Shown: positions 17,526 to 26,769 of the stretch, in pieces
Layout of the letters: each line of letters begins with the position of its first letter
Position numbering within the stretch: position 1 is the stretch's first letter
Virus record (IMG/VR): IMGVR_UViG_3300042821_000034
Location: 1 to 46,005 of that record
From: a virus
Lineage: Duplodnaviria; Caudoviricetes
Strand: one strand, 5' to 3'
DNA: 46,005 bases
Position numbers and translations under genes: made by a program
The notes under the pieces: generated by a model
What the model was told of the DNA's origin: nothing
Databases searched by the model: none
The model's input: only the letters and a program-made list of their open reading frames with translations

Positions 17526-20117
17526 TCATCCTGGCATGGTGGGCATCTTGACCTGCTGAGGCATCGGATGTGGCCGGCCCGGCTTGGTACCCTCCAGCGT
17601 GGTCCCGGCGTCCGGCGGCCCGCCAGGGGCCGGCCCGCCGGGGCTGGGACCATTTATTGGACCTTGAGCGCCCATCGCGGCACCGGCGCCGGCGCCGGCT
17701 CCCGGCATGGTCGGGCCCGGTGCGCCGCCACTCATTGCGCCGTTCATGGCGACGATGGAGGGGAGGGCGCTTTTGAACGCTTCCGTGAGATCCAGACGAT
17801 CGTCCAGACGGCGAAGCACATCCTTAGCAAGGAATTCAGGATCAATGCCCGGCAGCTGGATAAGTAGGGGGTAGAGTCGCTGTGCATTGGCGATCTCCTG
17901 GGATTGGTTCGGCCGCCCCATGCTGCCGGCTTCGATTTCGAGCAGGATCTCGTTGGCGATGTTCTGCGCGTCCGGCTGCGCCGGCCACACCGCACCCTGG
18001 CCGACCACCTTCTTGACGCGCTCCTGCGACATCTCGCGGAGCAGGATCTGGCCGCCGTTGCGGGCCATCTGCGTCAGCAGGTCGTTCAGATCATCGATGT
18101 TGCTGCCCATGCTGGTCATGCGCGAGCCTTCGGCGATCTGGGACTGGGTCGCGGTGGTGTCGCTGGTGCCGCCGAGGTTGGCCTCCTGGATGCCAGTGGT
18201 GCGCAGGATGTCCTCGTAGACCGGATTGACCTCGTACAGGTTGGGGTCGATGCCGGCACCGGCATAGGCCTGCATCAGCTGCTTGATGTCCTGGTTAGGT
18301 TGCAGCGCGTTCAGCTCGATCAGCGCGTTGGCCTCGCGGTTGGTGATCTTGTCGAGGTCTTGCTCATCCATCGCGCCGGCCACCACAGCGATGAAGGGTC
18401 GCCCGGCAATGCGCTGCTCCTTCAAACCCTCGCGGCAGCGGTTGTACTCCAGCTGCATGTCGCGGATCAGGCGCACATCCGACGGCGGATACAGCTCGTT
18501 CTCGTTCTCGACGCCGTTGAACAGCAGCGCATACCACGGATAAAACCGTTCATTGTAGACGTCGGGGGATGCCGGCTCGCGCAGGAATTCGCGGTAGCCG
18601 TCGCAGATCACATAGACCAGGCCGTCCTTGCGGTTGTAGATCTCCCAGACCAGCGCGTTCGGGTCGGAGCGGTCGTCGTTCTTGTTGTGCTTGCCGGCAG
18701 ACCAGTCAGCGATCGCGGTGTTCTCTTCGCTCGCATCATCCGAGCCGTATTCGTTGCAGTGACCGCGGACATCGACGCCGTAGATTTCTTCGATCTCGGA
18801 CGTGGATAAGAGGTACTCCTCGGCCACCCAGTCGGCGGCGACCCAGTTCTTCAGCTCGATGCACTTCCAGTCCGGTATGATCCGCGTCGACAGGGGGTAG
18901 TCGAAGGTCAGACCCTCGCGGACCACCGCGCCCTGCATCTGGGTCAGATCCTGCACCAACAGCTTGATCTGCTCGGCTTCCTTGTCGTTCTCGTCGGTGA
19001 TGTCATCGATCGCGTCCGCAGCCAGGCGCTGGAGCGTGGCCAGCCGCTCGTTGGCGTCGGCGACACCTTTCTCCAGATCCGGCCGCACCTGCATCACGCG
19101 CTCATAGCCGAGCTTGATGTAGGCCACGCCGTTGGTGACGGCGCGCCGCACCGACATCTTCAACATCGACTTGAACGGATGCGGCTGGTTGTCGACCTCG
19201 TAGGCGTAAAGCAGCTCAAGCGTGCGCGCGAGCTTGTCCATCATGATGTTTTCGTTTTTGACGCGGGCCGCGTCCATCATGATGTCCATGCCGGAGCCGA
19301 CGGCCTGGGCCATCATCGGCGACCCCGGAGGGGCCATGCCGCTGGCTGCCGCCCCCGCGGCCGCCATCCCGAGCTGGTCGCCGAGGCCCTGGCCGCCCTG
19401 CATCGATCCTGGAATCGGCCCCGCGCCCATGCCTGGCATGGCGGTGCCGCCCATGGCAGCCCCCATGGCTCCAGATATGGAGTTCATCTCCGGCGAGGGC
19501 GCCATTGCCGGGTTCGACGGCATGCCGCCCGACATCAGCATGCCGATGTCCGGCGGCTGCCCGGTCGCGGTCGGCATCATGCCGCTGACCGCGCCCTGGG
19601 CCATATTGGCCATCTGGCCCATCATTTCCGGCGGCATGCCGCCGCCCATCGGGCCGCCCGCGCCACCCTGCATCTGCTGCATCATCATGGCGCCGGACTG
19701 CATCAGCTGGTTCAGCGTGGTCTGTGATTCGTCCCAGGATGTCGCGTTAAGCCGAGGCCGCTTCTTGGCCACGGCCTTCGGGTTCTTGGCGTAGAGAAAT
19801 GCGGTTTTCTGAGCCACCAGCCGAAGCGTGAGGTTGGCGACATAGCGCTTGTCGGTGATGTTCTTGGACCATTGTTTGCCAAAGGCGAACTCCTGATCTT
19901 CGCGCATCCGGTCGAAGGCCGGCTTCCACTTCCGCTTGGCCTTCTTGACCTTGTTGGCCCAGGCATTCACCAGCCGCCGCCGGCTGTCCGGCGGCTCGGG
20001 CTGGTTGCGCGGAATGGCGTTGGGCTGGCCGGTCGACGGGTTGATGTCCGCGGCTGCACTGGCGTCACCGCCGCCGGCGAACATGTTCATAAAGGGGCTG
20101 TCGAAGGCGTCTACCAT
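17526..20117 (-). CDS. Portal protein with a Met/Gly/Pro-rich insertion
   Basis: 863 aa directly after TerL; 'ANLTLRLV...LYAKNPK', 'VWEIYNRKDGLVY', 'TATQSQI', 'IEAGSMGRPN' are typical of podophage portals. Confidence 0.85.
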   Translation of the reverse strand: MVDAFDSPFMNMFAGGGDASAAADINPSTGQPNAIPRNQPEPPDSRRRLVNAWANKVKKAKRKWKPAFDRMREDQEFAFGKQWSKNITDKRYVANLTLRLVAQKTAFLYAKNPKAVAKKRPRLNATSWDESQTTLNQLMQSGAMMMQQMQGGAGGPMGGGMPPEMMGQMANMAQGAVSGMMPTATGQPPDIGMLMSGGMPSNPAMAPSPEMNSISGAMGAAMGGTAMPGMGAGPIPGSMQGGQGLGDQLGMAAAGAAASGMAPPGSPMMAQAVGSGMDIMMDAARVKNENIMMDKLARTLELLYAYEVDNQPHPFKSMLKMSVRRAVTNGVAYIKLGYERVMQVRPDLEKGVADANERLATLQRLAADAIDDITDENDKEAEQIKLLVQDLTQMQGAVVREGLTFDYPLSTRIIPDWKCIELKNWVAADWVAEEYLLSTSEIEEIYGVDVRGHCNEYGSDDASEENTAIADWSAGKHNKNDDRSDPNALVWEIYNRKDGLVYVICDGYREFLREPASPDVYNERFYPWYALLFNGVENENELYPPSDVRLIRDMQLEYNRCREGLKEQRIAGRPFIAVVAGAMDEQDLDKITNREANALIELNALQPNQDIKQLMQAYAGAGIDPNLYEVNPVYEDILRTTGIQEANLGGTSDTTATQSQIAEGSRMTSMGSNIDDLNDLLTQMARNGGQILLREMSQERVKKVVGQGAVWPAQPDAQNIANEILLEIEAGSMGRPNQSQEIANAQRLYPLLIQLPGIDPEFLAKDVLRRLDDRLDLTEAFKSALPSIVAMNGAMSGGAPGPTMPGAGAGAGAAMGAQGPINGPSPGGPAPGGPPDAGTTLEGTKPGRPHPMPQQVKMPTMPG

Positions 20118-21682
20118 CCCTGCAAGCTCCTGGCCCGGCGATCGTGGCCCTCGCGGCGCCGCGTGTTGGCAAACAGCTCGCGGAACGTACCGCTCTTGAT
20201 TTCGGTTTCGACCGGCTTGTTGCGGGTCCGACCGTGCATCTTGGACAGTCCTAGCCCGATCAGGGCCATGGTGTCCACGAAGTCATCCTTGGCGCCGTGC
20301 GGAAATTTCAGGATCTGGTCCTGGGCGTCGGCCCACCAGCGGGTGAAAGTGGGGAAGTGAACCATCTTCATGTTGGACCGCGCCTGGATCGCCTGCGCGC
20401 GCTGCTGCTTGTCCGCTGCCGGGTTGATGGGGTCGATGGCGCAGAACACCTGCTTTTCGACCATGCGCCGGCGCAGGAAGGGGCCGAGGCTCTTGGTGAT
20501 GGCGCCGCCTTCCGCCCACCAGAACTGCGGCTTGTACTTCTTCATCAGCGCGATCATGCCTTCCACCGCAGCATGTGAATCCAGCCGCGCCCAGACCACG
20601 TCCGGCATGATCCAGATATTGTCTTTTTCATCGACGCCGACGATCATAAGACACGTCTTGTCAGCCACTCGGTTGGTCGATACCGCGTGATCCGACGCGC
20701 CATAGAAGCGCATCTTATGCCAGGCCGGCATGTCATCCATCTTTGTGTAAGGAACGAGATCTTCAGACTGGAAGAAGGCGCCTTCTTTTGGGCTTGGGCG
20801 CCCCTGATAGAGCGCAGCAAATCCACGGGGATCGGTCGCACGGATCTCCTCCAGATATGCCTGGGTGAACCGTTCCGGCCACAGCGGCTCACCTGGCGCG
20901 CGGCCGAGCACATCATCGTCTTCGGCCAACGCTGGCAGGTCGATCTTGCGCCAGGCCTTGGCCTCTTCCGCATTGTAATACGGGTTCATCGGGTCGATCA
21001 GTCGGCCGACCAGATCATCCTCGGTCCATCGGGTTTGAACGATGACGATTGTCCCGGTGGAGTCCATGAGCCGTGTGCGGAGCACTTGGTTGTACCAGGA
21101 CCACAGCTTCTCCCGCACCAGCACAGAATCCGCCTCGGTACGATCTTTGATCGGGTCATCCAGCAGGATGCAGTGACCACCGCGACCAGTGATGGAGGAA
21201 CCTCGCCCCACGCTAAAGACCACACCGTCCCGGGTGGTCTGAACTCTGTTGACCGCATTGGCGCCGACCTTGATGCCTACGTCAGGGAAGACCTGCTTAT
21301 ACTCCGGGGTCTCCATAATATCGCGGACGCGGCGACCGAGATCCCAGCTGTAGTGTTCATTGTAAGTCGCAACGATGATCGATCGCTCAGGATGACGGCC
21401 GACATACCAGGCGGGGAACATGGCGCTGGCAAGCGTGGTCTTTCCGAATCTGGGTCCGACATTGATCATCAGCCTCCGGTAATCGCCACGCTCGACGTCT
21501 TCCAACGCGCTGCCGATGACGCGATGGAATTTCTGCGGCTTATAAAGCGACTGACTGACGTCGTCGTCAAAGTTTGGATCCGGCATCATCAGCTGCGTGA
21601 AAGCGATCAAATCGTTGCGCGCGGTCAGGATCGCGCGCTTCCGCTTCAACAGCTTACGCAGCTGGTCTTTCTCAGTCGTCAT
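20111..21682 (-). CDS. terL: Terminase large subunit
   Basis: 'RLMINVGPRFGKT' Walker A, 'GRGGHCILLDDPIKD' Walker B, 'QTRWTEDDL', nuclease 'FPHGAKDDFVD'. Confidence 0.95.
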   Translation of the reverse strand: MTTEKDQLRKLLKRKRAILTARNDLIAFTQLMMPDPNFDDDVSQSLYKPQKFHRVIGSALEDVERGDYRRLMINVGPRFGKTTLASAMFPAWYVGRHPERSIIVATYNEHYSWDLGRRVRDIMETPEYKQVFPDVGIKVGANAVNRVQTTRDGVVFSVGRGSSITGRGGHCILLDDPIKDRTEADSVLVREKLWSWYNQVLRTRLMDSTGTIVIVQTRWTEDDLVGRLIDPMNPYYNAEEAKAWRKIDLPALAEDDDVLGRAPGEPLWPERFTQAYLEEIRATDPRGFAALYQGRPSPKEGAFFQSEDLVPYTKMDDMPAWHKMRFYGASDHAVSTNRVADKTCLMIVGVDEKDNIWIMPDVVWARLDSHAAVEGMIALMKKYKPQFWWAEGGAITKSLGPFLRRRMVEKQVFCAIDPINPAADKQQRAQAIQARSNMKMVHFPTFTRWWADAQDQILKFPHGAKDDFVDTMALIGLGLSKMHGRTRNKPVETEIKSGTFRELFANTRRREGHDRRARSLQGW

Positions 21683-21887
21683 GCTTGTACTTGGCTTTCG
21701 GTGCCGACGGCATCTTCTTGATCGTCACCTTACCCGGCGGCCGGGCCGCTTCACGCTCCATCTGCGCCATTTCTTTTTCAGCGGCGCGGCCGGTGGTGTT
21801 TGGCGTGTACGTCAAGGTGCCTTTGCCGCTCCGCGCCTTATTGACCATGTCTTTTGTTATCCTGTCCGCGTCCTTGCCGGTGGCCAT
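21672..21887 (-). CDS. Small basic protein (paralog of the adjacent gene)
   Basis: AGGAG SD; ends 'VTIKKMPSAPKAKYKHDD'. Confidence 0.7.
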   Translation of the reverse strand: MATGKDADRITKDMVNKARSGKGTLTYTPNTTGRAAEKEMAQMEREAARPPGKVTIKKMPSAPKAKYKHDD

Positions 21888-21899
21888 CAGCGTCTCCTT

Positions 21900-22127
21900 T
21901 CAGGAGTTTTCGTCATGCTTGTACTTAGGCCCGGGAATATCCGGCAGCTGCTTGATGGTAGCCCTAGGCTTGGATGAGATCGCGTTGACCTCGGGGGCTA
22001 CCGGCTGCGGGCCTTTGTTCGGCGAGGTGTGGTGGGTGTAGGTGTCCTGGGTCTTGGACGGCGGCGGCTTGATGCCGGGCGGCGCCTTGACGGGGTTGAG
22101 CGGCGGCGCCTTGGTTAGCTTGGCCAT
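21900..22127 (-). CDS. Small basic Pro/Lys-rich protein
   Basis: TAATG coupling with the upstream gene; ends 'ATIKQLPDIPGPKYKHDENS'. Confidence 0.7.
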   Translation of the reverse strand: MAKLTKAPPLNPVKAPPGIKPPPSKTQDTYTHHTSPNKGPQPVAPEVNAISSKPRATIKQLPDIPGPKYKHDENS

Positions 22128-22930
22128 TAGCGTGGTCCTCCTGGACGTTGTCTTGCGATTGCATCTTCTGCGGCGCGGTTAAGATTCCGAAATCCATCCT
22201 TGAATATGCCACTGTCCGTCACGCGCAGCGCCTCTTCGCGCTGCCGCTGGTCGACCGGCCCGCCACCCTTTTCGGGGTCGCCACCCTGCATGGCCATGAG
22301 ATATCGCACAATGGTCTCTTCCTTGCTCGGAAGATTACGCCACAAATCCTTCAGCGACGGGTCATCGCGCAGCTTCTTCAGACCACGGTGGAGGGATTCG
22401 TGCACGATTGCGGACGGGTCAGGCCCGCCGGTTCCGACATACATGCTGTCTTTTGATGGCGAATAGGCGCCGCCGATGTTGGCATCATCTGTGACAACGT
22501 CGATCGCAGCGCGGCCTGGATCGTAACCGTAGCCGGCGACCGGCATCCGGTTGGCTGCAAGCGCCGCCTGGGCCAGCGTCGTTCCCAGCTTGTCACTCAC
22601 TGGCGCCGTGTCTGGCGTTCGCAGGTCGATGTTGCGCGATCCCTGGTCATCAAGCGCCAACGACGTAACCTGGCTCAATTTCATGCCGTCGGCCGACATC
22701 GGCTCGAAATGCTTGCCATATTGCTGGCCGAGGACACGCGCGACGTTACCTTGCGTATACGGCTCGTTGCCGGTGCCGTAGCCGAAATCATACTTGCGGG
22801 CGTAGGCGGCATCTTCCGGCGTCGGATAGCCCTCCATCGGCGGCAACGCCGCAGCCGGCATCGGCGGCGGTGGCGGCCCCGCCGGGGCGCCACCCATCAA
22901 CCTGGTAAACATGTCGCCGATGCCGGCCAT
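22127..22930 (-). CDS. HExxH (zincin-like) domain protein
   Basis: 'GGAYSPSKDSMYV...SAIVHESLHRGL...EETIVR': HExxH plus a downstream Glu. Confidence 0.55.
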   Translation of the reverse strand: MAGIGDMFTRLMGGAPAGPPPPPMPAAALPPMEGYPTPEDAAYARKYDFGYGTGNEPYTQGNVARVLGQQYGKHFEPMSADGMKLSQVTSLALDDQGSRNIDLRTPDTAPVSDKLGTTLAQAALAANRMPVAGYGYDPGRAAIDVVTDDANIGGAYSPSKDSMYVGTGGPDPSAIVHESLHRGLKKLRDDPSLKDLWRNLPSKEETIVRYLMAMQGGDPEKGGGPVDQRQREEALRVTDSGIFKDGFRNLNRAAEDAIARQRPGGPR

Positions 22931-22934
22931 GGCG

Positions 22935-23057
22935 TTACTTCTTTTTACCGCCGCCGCCCTTGAGCGATTTCGCCATCTTGGTGTTCTGGGTGGCGGCGAC
23001 TTTCTTGGTTGGCTTACCCGTTGCTGGCGGGCCTTTTCCGACTGGCTTATTAGCCAT
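22935..23057 (-). CDS. 40-aa Lys-rich microprotein (not in ORF track)
   Basis: MANKPVGKGPPATGKPTKKVAATQNTKMAKSLKGGGGKKK; strong CAGGAG SD; fills the intergenic gap. Confidence 0.7.
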   Translation of the reverse strand: MANKPVGKGPPATGKPTKKVAATQNTKMAKSLKGGGGKKK

Positions 23058-23106
23058 AATCATTCTCCTGGGTGATGGGCGGGACGATCCCGCCCCAGCC
23101 CATTAA

Positions 23107-23364
23107 TCATGGCCCTCGCCTGTTGCCAATGCAACGCGCCATGTCCAACTGGGTCCGCGCGACCTGCTTGCACTGCTGCTCGGCGTTGATGGCATCGACC
23201 TCGGCGCGGGTGTAGACATTGGGGTCATACAACTCGACGCCGATGCGCTGCTGGGCGCAGCCGCTGAGAAGTATGACGGCGATAGCCAGCACGGCGATGA
23301 TGGCGATCGTCAGCAAGGGGCGACGTCGCACCCAGCTGAATGCGCGATCCCCGAGCTGTGTCAC
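23107..23364 (-). CDS. Small lipoprotein
   Basis: Basic N-terminus, hydrophobic stretch, lipobox LLSGC; GTGA overlap with the tail fibre stop. Confidence 0.7.
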   Translation of the reverse strand: MTQLGDRAFSWVRRRPLLTIAIIAVLAIAVILLSGCAQQRIGVELYDPNVYTRAEVDAINAEQQCKQVARTQLDMARCIGNRRGP

Positions 23365-24929
23365 CTTGTTGGCTTCTCATCGATGATGGGCTTGCCGCCT
23401 TCCAGCTGCAGCACGCGCGAGCGCAGCGCTTTCAGCTCCTGCAAGAGGACCGGGACATATTTGGAGTAGTCCACCACCCAGCGATCAGGCTTCTCTTCGT
23501 AGGCGAACGGCGTCGGGTAGACCTGCACAGCTTGTTGCGCGATCACCCCATAGGCGCGCTCGTCACTTTCTTTCCACTTGAAATCATAAATCTCGGTGTC
23601 ATCGACGATGTTGCCTGCGTCGAACGACTTGAGGTCTTCCTTCAGCCGACCATCGGAGGACGTGTTAAAGCTGCATGTGGTCCCGTTGACGCGGATGCTG
23701 CCGCTGTACTGCATGGCGTGGTTGAGGCCAAGGACCTGTCCCCCCACAGCATCCATACGATGGATGTTTCCGCCATAAGGATTTTCAGCCATCCAGTGTA
23801 CAGCACCTGCGGCAAAGCCCGCGACGTTGGTGAGGCCGGTGGCTGTGCCGTCATCGCCGTTCTTGCCTACGACGAAGTTTGAGCCGTTGACCCACAAGTT
23901 ACCGCCGTAGAACTGAAACTTACCGCCTTGCCAATACAGAAACTTGTTGTTAGCGGGCGCAGTGAAATAGAGAACGGCTTGCGCCGCGCCATCAGCAATC
24001 GCCACATCAGTCACGAACTTGGCACCGCCACTGGCATTAGCCTGAAGCGTAAGCAGGCCGGTGCCAGCAAAATTCCTGAAGTTGTGCGTGTCGGCGTCGT
24101 AGTAGGTGAGGCTGGTGGCACCGTAGCCGACGAGCAGTCTTGCGCTCTGCCCTCTGATGTCGGCGGCTGTCGCGCCTACGCCGGCTGACGAGACATTTAA
24201 CGCACCAGTTACGCTAACGCCGTAGTTGGCGCTGACCAAACCATTGGCGCGGTTGATCTGGAACGGGATGCCGTTTGGGGCGCCGGCATCGGTATATCTG
24301 TAGATCGTAAAATCTGAACCAGCATTGCTGCCGGTCTCGTTGTTGACGCCAGAGAAGGCCATGCTCCAGCGTGCGTTGCCGGTCATTCTGCCAAAGACAA
24401 ACGACCCGTTACCGCCGCCATTGGTCTGCTGATCCAGCGTAAGCACGGGAGAGGTGAACGCGATGGCGAGCGAACCCGTCATGTTGTCGCCGGCCTTCGC
24501 CACCTTGGTATCAGCATAGCTCTTGTCGGCCTTCGACGTGTCGGACGGATGACGGTGATCGCCGCGCGCATACAGCGCGCTGACACCGGCCGCCGCCGTG
24601 CCATCCACCAGCGGCACTGCGTCCGACGCCAGCGAAACGCCGGCAATAGTGTCCCAGTTCGCCGCGGTGAAGGAGCCGGGGCCGTTCGCCACCTTGGCGC
24701 GGTAAAGGTTGCCACCCTGCACTACCAGGTCGCTGACGGCGTAAATCGCCCGCGCATCGAAGAAGCGTACGGCCAATAATGTGATCGGCGCGCCGGTGGT
24801 ACCGGCCGCGGCATCGCCGACGGCGATCTGGCGATTGGCGGTGTTGACCGCGATCTCGCCAGGTTCAATCGGGTTAGCGAAGACTGTAGCTGGGTTGGAA
24901 GAACGTCGGTGTCGATATTGGGAAGTCAT
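23361..24929 (-). CDS. Tail fibre with a C-terminal intramolecular chaperone (Peptidase_S74)
   Basis: 'TSSDGRLKEDL...YDFKW...GVIAQ...VDYSKYVPVLLQELKAL'; Mtd_N-like N-terminus 'GEIAVNTANRQIAVGD'; 'KVAKAGDNMTG'; GAGG SD before MTSQY. Confidence 0.9.
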   Translation of the reverse strand: MTSQYRHRRSSNPATVFANPIEPGEIAVNTANRQIAVGDAAAGTTGAPITLLAVRFFDARAIYAVSDLVVQGGNLYRAKVANGPGSFTAANWDTIAGVSLASDAVPLVDGTAAAGVSALYARGDHRHPSDTSKADKSYADTKVAKAGDNMTGSLAIAFTSPVLTLDQQTNGGGNGSFVFGRMTGNARWSMAFSGVNNETGSNAGSDFTIYRYTDAGAPNGIPFQINRANGLVSANYGVSVTGALNVSSAGVGATAADIRGQSARLLVGYGATSLTYYDADTHNFRNFAGTGLLTLQANASGGAKFVTDVAIADGAAQAVLYFTAPANNKFLYWQGGKFQFYGGNLWVNGSNFVVGKNGDDGTATGLTNVAGFAAGAVHWMAENPYGGNIHRMDAVGGQVLGLNHAMQYSGSIRVNGTTCSFNTSSDGRLKEDLKSFDAGNIVDDTEIYDFKWKESDERAYGVIAQQAVQVYPTPFAYEEKPDRWVVDYSKYVPVLLQELKALRSRVLQLEGGKPIIDEKPTR

Positions 24930-24943
24930 CTCATCCCTCGCAA

Positions 24944-25348
24944 TCAAATCGGCCGAACCACTCTGCGGCGCCTGGCCACCCTATCTCCAACCGAGGTATC
25001 GAGCACGTACTTTGCGGGGTCTGGCGGCACATATGGCCTGCCGGGGTCGATCGGCGTGCCCGGCAGCGGCGGCTCGGGCGGCGGATCGATCACGGGGTCT
25101 TCAGGATGCAGCGCGTCGTAATCAGCTTTGGTCTGGGTCGCGGTGTTGTTGGCCACAGCGGTGCCGTGCAGCTCAATGAAGACGTTGAGCGGCCCGAGGT
25201 AAGTCGCCGGATCCGGCGGCTCACCATTCAGGTTGATCGGGACTTCCGTGGCAGCTATTTCAGCCGCCTCTTCGGGTGTTATCAGCCTGCCCCTTGTCAT
25301 CGAGCGGGTGCGCCTTCTTTTCTTCGGCGGTTCGATGATCGGGTCCAT
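24944..25348 (-). CDS. Hypothetical Pro-rich protein
   Basis: Fills the operon; GGAAGG SD; overlaps the upstream ORF by 89 nt, so the start is uncertain. Confidence 0.5.
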   Translation of the reverse strand: MDPIIEPPKKRRRTRSMTRGRLITPEEAAEIAATEVPINLNGEPPDPATYLGPLNVFIELHGTAVANNTATQTKADYDALHPEDPVIDPPPEPPLPGTPIDPGRPYVPPDPAKYVLDTSVGDRVARRRRVVRPI

Positions 25349-25931
25349 GCTGACCTTCCATATCCTTGCGATAGTCAGGATGATCGGGATCGAGCTTTTC
25401 GCCAGTCGCAGAAACGTTTGGCTCGCCGGCTAAATCGCCGCCGGGACGGCTCGGAGGGTTCGGCAGCGGCGCAGCAGCGGGCGTTGCCATCGGATCGTCG
25501 GTCGGCTCGGGGATATCGAGCGGGATGTTCTGCGGTCCCGGATTAGCCATCGTGGTGCGGCCGGGGTCGAGCGAGCCGACTTTCGGCGTCTCGCCGTAGG
25601 GCGAATTCTTCTCGTTCTGTTTGGCCTGCCGCTCACCTTCGGCGCGGAGCTGTTCCTGGTTCTTCGCGTCTTTCGGCTGACCTTGCTGGCTTTGCGGCTG
25701 GGCGTGCCGGCCGGCTTTTTCCTTGGCGGCTTGCCTGTTGGCCTCTTCGCGGCGCTTTTCGTCGTCAGAATGCTTCGACATGGCGGTTTTCCTCTCTTTC
25801 GTCGCCCCTTTGGCCTTTTTGGCCGCTGCCGGCTTCGAGGATAACGTTTTAGAAGCCTTTTTCGGTGCAGGCCGTTTGGTCTTCACCGCGGATTTCTTCT
25901 GTTTGGCTTTTGCCTTGCCGGGGGGCTTCAT
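25260..25931 (-). CDS. Disordered protein with a histone-H1-like Lys/Ala N-terminus
   Basis: 'KAKAKQKKSAVKTKRPAPKKASK...AAAKKAK'; TAATG coupling; a second possible start at MSKHS. Confidence 0.6.
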   Translation of the reverse strand: MKPPGKAKAKQKKSAVKTKRPAPKKASKTLSSKPAAAKKAKGATKERKTAMSKHSDDEKRREEANRQAAKEKAGRHAQPQSQQGQPKDAKNQEQLRAEGERQAKQNEKNSPYGETPKVGSLDPGRTTMANPGPQNIPLDIPEPTDDPMATPAAAPLPNPPSRPGGDLAGEPNVSATGEKLDPDHPDYRKDMEGQHGPDHRTAEEKKAHPLDDKGQADNTRRGG

Positions 25932-26347
25932 TATCGCCTCTTCCGACCGCTAACAGGATCCGTGAACGTGAAATCCACCGCGTTGGATGCCAGCGCGTCG
26001 TTGGTGACCGTCACAGGCTGCACGCCGGCGATCGCAGCGACCGGCGAAATCGTCGCAGTGAGGATGGTGGCGTCGGTGTAGACCGTTGCGAGCGGCGCGC
26101 CGGCCAAATTGACCACGCTGGTGTCGATGAAGCCGGTGCCGCTGACGCTGACGATGACATCGACGCCGCCGACCTCGGCAGTCGCAGGATCGATCGCGGT
26201 AATCGCCGGCGTCGGCGTCTCCACCGGAGGCGGCGGCAGGTCACCGGCATCACCGACCAGCGGCACCTCGCCGGTCTTGACGATGATATTGGCCGGACCC
26301 TTGATAATCAGCGTCTTGCCTTCGGGCACTTCGTAGTGCTGGGCCAT
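25931..26347 (-). CDS. IPT/TIG Ig-like domain protein
   Basis: 'PAITAIDPATAEVGG..VIVSVSGTGF...VTVTN...SNAVDFTF' is a classic IPT/TIG pattern. Confidence 0.85.
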   Translation of the reverse strand: MAQHYEVPEGKTLIIKGPANIIVKTGEVPLVGDAGDLPPPPVETPTPAITAIDPATAEVGGVDVIVSVSGTGFIDTSVVNLAGAPLATVYTDATILTATISPVAAIAGVQPVTVTNDALASNAVDFTFTDPVSGRKRR

Positions 26348-26769
26348 CAGAACGTTCCTCCATCGATAAAGGGCGGTATCGGCGCTGTCACCACCGCCCA
26401 GGCGTTGTTGTTACGGCCATATAGCTGACTGTCGGCGGGCGCGTCGGGAAAAGTGCCGCCGGAGGGTCCGGTCAAGCCGATCGGGCCTTGCGGGCCGACG
26501 GGGCCAACCTCGCCTTGCGGACCGGGGTCGCCTTGCGCACCCGTCACGCCTTGCGGGCCGGTGCCGCCGGTGGCGCCGACATCGCCTTTGGGTCCGGTCG
26601 AGCCGGCAGGCCCTGCAGGGCCAACCGGACCTGGCGGTCCGGCCGCGGCACTGAAGGCGGTCGGGATTACCTTGTTGGCATCGCTGACGCCGGTGGCAAT
26701 AACAGCCTCCGACGGGTCGGCGTCATCGGCGGTTGGAATCCATAAGGCGAGGCGGGCGTTTTGTGTCAT
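26347..26769 (-). CDS. Collagen-like (Gly-X-Y) fibre protein
   Basis: About 20 GXY triplets, then '[16 protein letters not shown]' and the end 'IDGGTF'; ATGA overlap at 26766-26769. Confidence 0.85.
   Translation of the reverse strand: MTQNARLALWIPTADDADPSEAVIATGVSDANKVIPTAFSAAAGPPGPVGPAGPAGSTGPKGDVGATGGTGPQGVTGAQGDPGPQGEVGPVGPQGPIGLTGPSGGTFPDAPADSQLYGRNNNAWAVVTAPIPPFIDGGTF

Noticed and set aside
23361-24929. Mtd-like N-terminus suggesting a diversity-generating retroelement
   Set aside because: No reverse transcriptase and no TR/VR pair seen; the fibre ends in an S74 chaperone.
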